Positions 54,181 through 62,052 of a stretch of 64,000 nucleotides of DNA are shown here, piece after piece. This DNA comes from a virus. How positions within the stretch are numbered: the stretch's first letter is position 1; each line of letters opens with the position of its first letter. The notes under the pieces are model-generated. The model had not been told where the DNA came from. It made no database searches and worked only from the letters and a program-made list of their open reading frames with translations. The stretch is from the IMG/VR virus record IMGVR_UViG_3300043449_002292, positions 1 to 64,000 of that record; one strand, given 5' to 3'. The position numbers and the translations under genes are program-made.

Positions 54181-56207
54181 GATCTAGTCACCCGGTGCTC
54201 ATGACTGTTCGGACTGTACGATTCAGCGTTCGTCATCGTATAAACATCGTAGGAGGTTGCCGTCCCACCTGAATCGAGGACGTTAAAGGTCGACTTCAAG
54301 TAACTAGTGGTGATGTTCGCGTTCAACGCGTCAACGTCAATGACAGACGTCAATCCCGTTCCCGCGGGCAGTGCAAATGAGAAGATCCTGTTAATCGTAC
54401 CCGTACTGATGGAGAAGGGATTGCTGCCGTCCGTGAAGATCTTACCCGACAGACCACGGACATCATTCGAGCTCAGCGGGGCCTGCTCAACCGACCCAAA
54501 GAAGATGAGGTTCAGGAAGGATACGACGGTCACGGCGCTCGTGACACCCGCGGAGGAGAGGTGCTGCTGGTAGGTATCGATCACTCGGACGCGGTAACGG
54601 ATGGATGTCGAAGATTTCAGGTTCTGGTCGTTGTGGTTGAAGAGTGTGATGTTGGAAGTTCCCGGTCCGACAGATACAGGGTTCACGTTCAGGTCGATCC
54701 AAGTGTTTCCGTCCGTCGAGTACTGCAGCACGTAACTCACGAGGTTCACCAATGGGCTGATGCGTGTGATGGTTCCCGTGAGGTTGGAGGAAATATTGCC
54801 CTTCTCACGCTTCAGATTCGCTTCGATCTGCTCAAGGGACGCTCCTGCGACTGCGAGGGCGATCGTCGGCACCTGGTAGGCAGCAGGTGTCAGGTTCAGG
54901 GTCGCTGTTGCGGTAGCGCCGACTGAATCGGTGACCGTGTATCGATAGTTGAAGGCGGCGGTATTGAATGCCGTATCCGACAACGTGTGCGTGAAGCTTG
55001 ACGCAGATGAGGTCGACGTGCTTAGGGTCGTCCACCCTCCAGCGCCGCCCCGGCGCCATTCGAGGACGGCGGCGCTGACCGTCGCATTCAGGCTGTTTAT
55101 GGTGTGTGAGAAGTTGATGACGTTGCTGATGTTTGTCTGGTTGAAAGAGATCGTCGTGGATGACGTCAGACCCACCGTCGGGTTGATAGGCTCCACCGTC
55201 GCGAGGGCGAGGACCTCGGCCGCCGTCTTCCCAGTTGCGGGGATGGTATCACCCGACGCATAGCGGCCGAATGTCTTGCCACCCGAGAGGCTCACCACGA
55301 GATCATTCTGGAACACCGTCTCGCTCTGACCCCCGCCGGTCGTCGCGATCGTTATTTGACCTGTTGATCCTGTCGTGATCGAGATACCTTGGCCCGCGAC
55401 CATATAGTCGCTGCCATCGTAAAGCTTGGTCAGTGAGCCAGTAAGACTGGTGACAGAGATGTCACCGCCTGTGATGCTGACACTTCCGGAGTTCTGCGTT
55501 GCTATGGATCCAAGACCCAGGTTCGTCCGAGCGGTGGCTGCGTCTGAGGCACCGGTACCACCATCCGCTATGGCAAGATCCGTAATACCCGAGATCGTCC
55601 CACCTGTGATGGTGACGCTGTTCGAGTTTTGGGTGGATATTGTTCCCAGTCCGAGATTAGTTCGAGCTGTCGAGGCTGACGTCGCTCCCGTACCTCCGTT
55701 CGCAACTGTGACCGGTGTTGAGAGAGCAACAGTCACCGTAGATCCTGCACCGCCATCCGTGATGGTGATGCCAGTTCCTGCCTGAATCCTCGAAGTCAGA
55801 TACGATGGATCGACGCTGAGGGATAGTAAGCCACTCGGATCAGCGACCCCGACAAGACCGCTCCCATCCTCTACGCTCACGCCAGCTGATAGGGATGCAA
55901 GGTACGTTTCGTCAAGCGAAATGGTCGCGCTCCCATCGCTACCGGTCACGACGAGGGTTCCAGCTCCGGGTTTTATCGCTGACGTGCCGTCGAGGAGCGT
56001 TAGGGCACCCTTGCATCCCTCATCGATCGTCAGTCGACCCGTGATATACTCGTCGCCCTCGATCCTTAAGGACGCGCGCTTGTAGCCCTCCAGACCGATC
56101 TGGAGCTCATGCGGAGCAATCACCTTCGTGATGTCCAGCGTGCGCTTGTTTTTAACTACGACGAAGTCTTTCTTATCGACCTCACGTCTATCAATCTGCG
56201 TCGACAT
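54177..56207 (-). CDS. tail-fibre-like protein
   Basis: GGTGA..A..ARTNLGLG repeats, Ig-like C-terminal region. Confidence 0.8.
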   Translation of the reverse strand: MSTQIDRREVDKKDFVVVKNKRTLDITKVIAPHELQIGLEGYKRASLRIEGDEYITGRLTIDEGCKGALTLLDGTSAIKPGAGTLVVTGSDGSATISLDETYLASLSAGVSVEDGSGLVGVADPSGLLSLSVDPSYLTSRIQAGTGITITDGGAGSTVTVALSTPVTVANGGTGATSASTARTNLGLGTISTQNSNSVTITGGTISGITDLAIADGGTGASDAATARTNLGLGSIATQNSGSVSITGGDISVTSLTGSLTKLYDGSDYMVAGQGISITTGSTGQITIATTGGGQSETVFQNDLVVSLSGGKTFGRYASGDTIPATGKTAAEVLALATVEPINPTVGLTSSTTISFNQTNISNVINFSHTINSLNATVSAAVLEWRRGGAGGWTTLSTSTSSASSFTHTLSDTAFNTAAFNYRYTVTDSVGATATATLNLTPAAYQVPTIALAVAGASLEQIEANLKREKGNISSNLTGTITRISPLVNLVSYVLQYSTDGNTWIDLNVNPVSVGPGTSNITLFNHNDQNLKSSTSIRYRVRVIDTYQQHLSSAGVTSAVTVVSFLNLIFFGSVEQAPLSSNDVRGLSGKIFTDGSNPFSISTGTINRIFSFALPAGTGLTSVIDVDALNANITTSYLKSTFNVLDSGGTATSYDVYTMTNAESYSPNSHEHRVTRS

Positions 56208-56223
56208 TCAGACCTAAATATGA

Positions 56224-56249
56224 CAAGGGACCGAATCGTCGGTCCCTTG
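56224..56249. terminator. hairpin / terminator
   Basis: CAAGGGACCGA-ATCG-TCGGTCCCTTG. Confidence 0.6.
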
Positions 56250-56256
56250 CTCTCAT

Positions 56257-56640
56257 TCAGTATCCGTCTTTTAGTCTTCGACAGATTTTCTCGTGCTTCT
56301 TGAGGTATGCTTCATGCAGCTCATCAGGAGTGACACCCACGAGCTTCAGTGTCGTAAAGAAGTACTTCATCGCATCGACGATCTCCTCAAGGAATGCCTC
56401 ACGATCGAGATGAGGAACGTCGGTCTGACGATGAGGCTTGGCATTCTTCAGCTCCTGCAGAGCCTCGAACATCTCCTCCACACCGCGAAGGGTCACGTCA
56501 CGGACAAGCGTCTGTGATTGCTTCGTCGAGAGATCGATCGGCCACTGGGGGTAGTAACCCTCGAAGCGTTCACAAAGGAGCTGCATGAACTCCTCGCGAA
56601 GCTCGAACATCTGATCGAGCTTGTCAGTTGACGTCGACAT
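56257..56640 (-). CDS. all-alpha dCTPase/dUTPase (T4 gp56-like)
   Basis: EE.FE....KP; EEIVD...F; Y..K.......GY. Confidence 0.8.
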   Translation of the reverse strand: MSTSTDKLDQMFELREEFMQLLCERFEGYYPQWPIDLSTKQSQTLVRDVTLRGVEEMFEALQELKNAKPHRQTDVPHLDREAFLEEIVDAMKYFFTTLKLVGVTPDELHEAYLKKHEKICRRLKDGY

Positions 56641-56866
56641 TCGCCATGCCCTCGGCGGCGAGCTCATCAGCCTTGTCCGAGAGACGCTGAACAGCATCCA
56701 GGAAGGCCTGATTGTCAGCGTCGTTGATCATGAGCTTGCTCCCGTCGACCGTCAGTCGAAGGGTCCTGAGATTATCGATGATGTCAGTTCCAGTCAGCAG
56801 GGCGAGCTGAAGAAGGTCGACGATGCGGACGATAGCCTGATCAGAAAGTGTAACTGTCTCGTTCAT
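56624..56866 (-). CDS. hypothetical protein
   Basis: AGGAG SD. Confidence 0.7.
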   Translation of the reverse strand: MNETVTLSDQAIVRIVDLLQLALLTGTDIIDNLRTLRLTVDGSKLMINDADNQAFLDAVQRLSDKADELAAEGMANVDVN

Positions 56867-56916
56867 TTGATTTCTCCTGTTAGATTGTAATAGAAGCTGA
56901 GGAGGTTTATAGGAAG

Positions 56917-57726
56917 CTAGTTCTGTCTTGTCGGCGCCCACCAGGTGGTTCGACCGTCGAGTGTCTCTTCCCTGATTACCTCTTCTCCATCTTCGTCTTT
57001 AGTTCTTCCATAGCAGAGAAAAGCTTCTCCGTAGCCACCCTCGTTGTTATCAAAGTCCTTATATGATTTGATCGTTGCCCCCTGAGACTGGTATGAATCC
57101 CGGAGCACTCTCTTGATGCTGTCATTGAGAGCTTCGAACTCCTCTAGACTCAGGGAATCAACCTTTCGGTGCGGAGAGAGCCGGGCAAGCCAGAGCGAAT
57201 CGGCCTTCACGTAATTACCAACGCCAGCGATGATCCCCTGATCCATCACCGCCTCGGCAAGGGTCCACTTCGGTTTCTTCAAGAGGGACTCCTGGAACCG
57301 CTCATGGCTCACGTCCTCGGCCAGCATGTCAGGACCCAGGGTCCTTAGCTTGTCAGCCAGCTTCCGCCGCCCCCGGACCCACTTCAGAGTCCCAAAGTTA
57401 CGGGTGTCATTGTAGTAGACATCCGTTCCATCGTCGAGGCTCAGACGCATTCTGGCGTGGCGCGATGCACTTCGTGACCAATGACCCGTCATGCCCAGAG
57501 TCGACCAGATCGAGGAGTCCCCGCCGTCGAGCAGGATGTAGATGAACTTGCCATGGCACCCAGCGCCGACGATCCGCTTGGGCAGCTCAGAAACAAGTTC
57601 GTCGTAACCGTCGAAGGGTCGCTTATCGTAGCGTCCTGACAGGATCTTCAAACCCACGATCGTTCGGTCTGTGAGAGCTCGAGCGAGACCCTCGGCAGCG
57701 AGCTTGCATTCGGGACCTTCAGGCAC
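56917..57726 (-). CDS. Fpg/Nei DNA glycosylase lacking the Zn finger
   Basis: PEGPE, GKF, LGMTG, D.RNFG, LGPD, DQ..IAGVGN, GRTTWW. Confidence 0.92.
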   Translation of the reverse strand: MPEGPECKLAAEGLARALTDRTIVGLKILSGRYDKRPFDGYDELVSELPKRIVGAGCHGKFIYILLDGGDSSIWSTLGMTGHWSRSASRHARMRLSLDDGTDVYYNDTRNFGTLKWVRGRRKLADKLRTLGPDMLAEDVSHERFQESLLKKPKWTLAEAVMDQGIIAGVGNYVKADSLWLARLSPHRKVDSLSLEEFEALNDSIKRVLRDSYQSQGATIKSYKDFDNNEGGYGEAFLCYGRTKDEDGEEVIREETLDGRTTWWAPTRQN

Positions 57727-58144
57727 TTGCCACCCCCAGGGTCTTCATCAGATGATGATGGTAATCATTGAGAGCGTGATCGTTCGGTTGCACGGCGCGC
57801 CAATCGCCGAGGATGAAGATCCGATAAGCGTCATCACCGTACTTGCCGATACCGTGGAGCTCCTTAGCCTGCTTCCAGCCGCCCGCAGCATACTCAGCCG
57901 ACATCCGCTTGAGGGTCTGCGTTCGCTTCCGCTGCATGCCGAGCGGCCGGATGAGATCCTCGAGGTCAGCGTCCGGTGCTGTTGCAAGCGCCTGTGGTGT
58001 GGGCCAGCGTTGGAACATCTCCTCGACGACGGGTTCCATCTGAGCACGCTTCGTGAGATTGAGGCACAGGCAGCAGACGAGGATCTTCCAGCCGTCTGGC
58101 CAGTACTTCTCCTGAATGAGACCGAATTTAGGTGGAATCCACAT
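57719..58144 (-). CDS. MBD4-like HhH DNA glycosylase
   Basis: W......LN.T; PLG; ELHGIGKYG.D.YRIF; P.DH.LN.Y. Confidence 0.85.
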   Translation of the reverse strand: MWIPPKFGLIQEKYWPDGWKILVCCLCLNLTKRAQMEPVVEEMFQRWPTPQALATAPDADLEDLIRPLGMQRKRTQTLKRMSAEYAAGGWKQAKELHGIGKYGDDAYRIFILGDWRAVQPNDHALNDYHHHLMKTLGVASA

Positions 58145-58184
58145 GTATAGATTCTACCTGAAATTTTAAGTTTTACAGGATCGA

Positions 58185-58562
58185 CTACCCGACTCCTACG
58201 AAGCCGTTTGAACCCGTGATGGTCAGGAAATTCCTGGTTGGAATGCCCGTGAGCCCCGCGATAACCGAATACGATATCGAGGCAGCGGTTGAGCTCGAGA
58301 GGAACAAGGTATCCGTTCTAATTTCACCAGTATAGCTGCTTCCCGACGGAACCGAGAAGTAGTTCGTTCCCTTGACGCCAGCTTCAGTAAACCCAAACCT
58401 GAGTGTCAATGAGCTGTTATTCTGTATCGTGAAGAAGCGGGTTACAAACGGGAAACTTACCTGGTTCACAGTCGTAACCGTCGAAGACGTTACGAATGGA
58501 ACTGCCGAAACCTGATAGGCTGGGACGAAACCCTCATGCATCGATGGATTATTCAAGCTCAT
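58185..58562 (-). CDS. putative virion protein, paralog of 13867-14265
   Basis: shared motifs; ATATTTA upstream. Confidence 0.75.
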   Translation of the reverse strand: MSLNNPSMHEGFVPAYQVSAVPFVTSSTVTTVNQVSFPFVTRFFTIQNNSSLTLRFGFTEAGVKGTNYFSVPSGSSYTGEIRTDTLFLSSSTAASISYSVIAGLTGIPTRNFLTITGSNGFVGVG

Positions 58563-58578
58563 GACATCTCACTGAGCT

Positions 58579-58585
58579 TAAATAT
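58579..58585 (-). promoter_or_regulatory. representative class II (-10-only) motif ATATTTA
   Basis: one of about 19 ATAnTTA copies just upstream of virion-type genes. Confidence 0.6.
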
Positions 58586-58609
58586 CACGCGCGTACAAAG
58601 CTGACAGTC

Positions 58610-59410
58610 TTATTTGGCTGGTAAAGCAAGCAAAGCTGACCAGACGGAACTGTCCTGGGCTGCTACCCTGCTCTTAGCATCCGCTTCAGAGACCTTCAGG
58701 GCTGCTGCGAGAGCTGCGATGCTCTTCGGACCGATAGCACCATCGATCTTGCCGATATCAAAGCCTGCCCTGCAGAGGAGAGCCTGCGTCACCGCTGGGA
58801 AACTCTGAAGATCCCCGTGACCTACAAGAAGGGCACCGCAGAGAGCAGCTTGCTCATAACCGAGACGATCGAGGACGCCTTTGAGTTCGCCCCAGAAATC
58901 GAAGTGCCATGACTCCTTAGCGCTCTCATCCGCTAGCTTGATGACGGGAGACCATCCGAGTGGAATCGCAATCTCCCAAAGCTTGTCAAGCTGCTTGTTC
59001 GCCGGCACACCCGGAAACTTGAGCTCTGAGAGGTGCACGTCGATGCTGCGACCCGCATTATGACCAGAACGACCTGAAAGCGCGACGAACGCATTCTTCA
59101 TGGTCGCTGCGTTCCACTTGGAAGATCCGACCGCCGGTTTGCCAGCGTTCACCCAGTTGTCGTATTTTTCCCTCGCGGTCCGCTGGACTGAAACATCACG
59201 GTGGCATTCCGTAACTCGAAAGTCACCGCCCGCTGCTGCGACCGCATCAGATAGAGACTTCAGGGCAGGTGCCATCTCGGGATGAGCGACACCAGCCTTG
59301 CCGAGCTTCGCAAGCGAAATTAAGTTCGACCTGGGACCACCTGTCCCGCCAGACTTGTTGTATGACGAAGCGATCGAGGAATCAACCGGAACGAGCTTTA
59401 CTGGTGTCAT
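58610..59410 (-). CDS. endolysin: M15-type peptidase plus peptidoglycan-binding domain
   Basis: R....Q, SGH..G.SID, ESWH; C-terminal GFD.G.IDG.IGPK. Confidence 0.8.
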   Translation of the reverse strand: MTPVKLVPVDSSIASSYNKSGGTGGPRSNLISLAKLGKAGVAHPEMAPALKSLSDAVAAAGGDFRVTECHRDVSVQRTAREKYDNWVNAGKPAVGSSKWNAATMKNAFVALSGRSGHNAGRSIDVHLSELKFPGVPANKQLDKLWEIAIPLGWSPVIKLADESAKESWHFDFWGELKGVLDRLGYEQAALCGALLVGHGDLQSFPAVTQALLCRAGFDIGKIDGAIGPKSIAALAAALKVSEADAKSRVAAQDSSVWSALLALPAK

Positions 59411-59499
59411 GTTGCTACCCTGCATGGGGAATTGTTGTGCCCCCACTCATGCTTAAATATGCCAGAGCTCGAACGATTACAACATCTTAGCGTCGAGAC

Positions 59500-60132
59500 C
59501 TAGTATCCGAACGCCTCAATCGTATGCTGAAACGGCTTACCCTCGATCTCTCGAACCTGCTGCAGCATCTCCTCCGCTAGCCAGCAGATCTCGCGTTGAG
59601 CGTCTGGCTTCATTCGAAGTCCGAGGAAATGGTTGAAAGATCGCCAGTTGAACATCACGTCCATGGTGATCTGGTTGCCGTATGGAAGGTAGAAGCGTGC
59701 TGATTCTTTGGCTCGCTTTCGATCCATTCCCCCGTCAACAAGCCTCTGCAAGGTCTCATGGTAGCGCATGATCGCGTCTTCCATAAATGCGATATACCTT
59801 GACTGCTCCTCGATCGACCAATCCTTTGGCAGGTAGTACTTGTCATCCTTCAGCTCCTTGTACCGAGCCGACTCGGCATTGATCGAGACCCCGATACGAT
59901 GCTTGAGGAGCTGGACATGGACGCTTGTATCCACTGTTACTAGGAATTGCAGGCTCGACTTTTCAAAAACCGTGTGATGGCCCTGCTCCGCAAGCATTTT
60001 TAGAAGTTGCGGAATTCTGTTACGCTTATCATTGGTAATTTCTCGTGATGTCGACGTCCACGCAGACAATGCGTGCGTTTCGTCTGATCCGTACCACCCA
60101 GTAAGCTGAACCTTGTTATCCTGAAATGACAT
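59500..60132 (-). CDS. thyX: flavin-dependent thymidylate synthase
   Basis: H...FE, KHR......ESARY, KESARF.LP, AQREI. Confidence 0.93.
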   Translation of the reverse strand: MSFQDNKVQLTGWYGSDETHALSAWTSTSREITNDKRNRIPQLLKMLAEQGHHTVFEKSSLQFLVTVDTSVHVQLLKHRIGVSINAESARYKELKDDKYYLPKDWSIEEQSRYIAFMEDAIMRYHETLQRLVDGGMDRKRAKESARFYLPYGNQITMDVMFNWRSFNHFLGLRMKPDAQREICWLAEEMLQQVREIEGKPFQHTIEAFGY

Positions 60133-60337
60133 TTCTCAATCTCTCCCTGATGTATTTGTCCCAGGTGATTTCAAATCCCCACTGCACCAGCATGAGAGTG
60201 GGTCCGATGACGATGGTGATTCCTGCGGATTTTGTGACCTCACCAGTGAATGCGAATGCAATCAGAAATCCGCATGACATCGAGAGCACTCGCCAAGCAA
60301 TCACCTTGGCGAGCAGCTCAAGCTTCGCTGGTTTCAC
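60116..60337 (-). CDS. DUF2061-like membrane protein
   Basis: K.IAWR.....TG.......E..W. Confidence 0.7.
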   Translation of the reverse strand: MKPAKLELLAKVIAWRVLSMSCGFLIAFAFTGEVTKSAGITIVIGPTLMLVQWGFEITWDKYIRERLRNVISG

Positions 60338-61368
60338 ATAGCCACGCAGACTGTCTCAAGCAAAAGGCGGGTAACGACGTATGGATCGACGTTAGCACAG
60401 GGTCGACGATCCTCGAGGTATCCGCAGCCCTCCTGCGCGACGTGCAAGGGAATCCGAATCGAAGCACCTCGATCGCTCACACCCCATCGAAACTCTCGGT
60501 AGGAGCACGTCTCGTGGTGACCAGTGAGACGAAGCTCAATACCGTGACCGTAGTGAGAAATGTGATGCTCATGGCGAGCGCTAAGCCGTTCGCAAGCTTC
60601 CTTGATCGCATGGATTCCTTCGGGTTCACGCATCCTCTTCGTTGAGAAATTGGTATGGGCACCTGCACCGTTGAGCTCTGCTACAGGCTTCGGATCGAGC
60701 TTCACGGTAATCCCGTGCTTCTCACCAATCCGGTAGAGAAGCCAACGAGCAAAGATGAGGTGATCGGAGACTGTAAGAGCGTCCGCAGTTCCAACCTGGA
60801 ACTCCCACTGGCCGGGCATCACCTCAGCGTTGATTCCGCAGAGTAGGATCCGGGAGTCGAGGCAAGCGGCCATGTGTTCCTCGACAAGCTCACGACCGAA
60901 GACCTCATCGCTTCCGACACCACAGTAGAATGGACCCTGCTGAGGTGGGTATCCACCCGTAGGCCAGCCGAGGGGTCGACCGTCCTTGAACATCGTGTAT
61001 TCCTGCTCGATTCCGAACAGAGGCTCGTGCTCGAGTGTTCTCGCCATGACTTCACGAAGCTTACTGCGAGTATTAGACTCATGAGGCTGCCCATCGGCAG
61101 TAAACACTTCACAAAGAACAAGAATGTGAACTCTCTCGTGATTCTTATCCCGAGTGGGATCGAGTATAAAATGAGCTGGAATCAGGACACAATCGCTCTT
61201 GTCTCCTGTCGCCTGCCCAGTAGAAGATCCATCGAAAGTCCAACGAGGAACATCCTCAATTCCAAAGGGCTTGCTGGAATTATCGTATTGAAAAACTTTA
61301 GTCTTGCTTCGGAGCTTATGGGTTGGCTGGCTTCCATCCTGCCAGATGTATTCGGCAACGATGTTCAT
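60334..61368 (-). CDS. glnII: glutamine synthetase type II
   Basis: AEYIW.DG, LRSKT, W.FDGSST.QA, EQEY, YCGVG, NAEVMPGQWEFQVG, NGAG.HTNFST, RLTG.HET, EDRRP. Confidence 0.95.
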   Translation of the reverse strand: MNIVAEYIWQDGSQPTHKLRSKTKVFQYDNSSKPFGIEDVPRWTFDGSSTGQATGDKSDCVLIPAHFILDPTRDKNHERVHILVLCEVFTADGQPHESNTRSKLREVMARTLEHEPLFGIEQEYTMFKDGRPLGWPTGGYPPQQGPFYCGVGSDEVFGRELVEEHMAACLDSRILLCGINAEVMPGQWEFQVGTADALTVSDHLIFARWLLYRIGEKHGITVKLDPKPVAELNGAGAHTNFSTKRMREPEGIHAIKEACERLSARHEHHISHYGHGIELRLTGHHETCSYREFRWGVSDRGASIRIPLHVAQEGCGYLEDRRPCANVDPYVVTRLLLETVCVAM

Positions 61369-61373
61369 GACGG

Positions 61374-61976
61374 TTAGTCCAACGTGTACTTGAGGTCAAT
61401 CTTGCAGGTGAGGGTCGGAAGACGGAGCTCATTCGCAAGGTTGTGATTCTTCGCGTCCTGGGCATCGAGATACCAATCCGCGTGACCCTTCTCGTGAACC
61501 ATCTTCAGGAAGTAATCCGAGGGCTTACCGCAGTTACGGGCCATCATCTCGTAGACCTTCTTGTTCAGTCGATCGACCTCCTTCGCGTCGGCCTTGATCT
61601 CCTCGACCTTTCCGAAAGCGCCGGAAGAGACATCATGGATCATGAGGGTCGCGTCAGGGTCCATGTAGCGCATTCCCTCAGCGCCGAAGCTGAAGAGGAT
61701 AGCTCCACAGCTCATTGCCTTTCCCTCGACAATCGTCGCTACAGGAATCTTGGAGGCCCGGATCGAAGAGATCATCGACATAAGGGAGTAGACCTGACCG
61801 CCGTAGCTGTCGATCACCACCGGGATTACCGACTGACCGGTGTTCTGGGCTCGGCTCATTGCGTCCATGAACTCCTTCGCGGAGTCCTCATCGAACTTGT
61901 TGACTCGAATGATGATCGGGTCAACCCGAAGTTCCACTGCCTTGATGTGCTGAGAGACATCTGCGATAAAATTCAC
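61374..61976 (-). CDS. clpP: ClpP-like protease
   Basis: IDSYGG.V, G.AMS.G, MIH, DWYL.A..A. Confidence 0.88.
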   Translation of the reverse strand: MNFIADVSQHIKAVELRVDPIIIRVNKFDEDSAKEFMDAMSRAQNTGQSVIPVVIDSYGGQVYSLMSMISSIRASKIPVATIVEGKAMSCGAILFSFGAEGMRYMDPDATLMIHDVSSGAFGKVEEIKADAKEVDRLNKKVYEMMARNCGKPSDYFLKMVHEKGHADWYLDAQDAKNHNLANELRLPTLTCKIDLKYTLD

Positions 61977-62052
61977 TGCATACCCCACTTGTGTGATGTT
62001 ACTGATTATTTTTTCGATCTCTTCCTCGGAGTCATTCCGCTTCAGCCTGGCG

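Noticed and set aside
56917-61368. Eukaryotic giant-virus origin suggested by MBD4, GSII and zincless Fpg
   Set aside because: SD sequences, operons, sigma70, DnaE and a peptidoglycan hydrolase indicate a bacteriophage.
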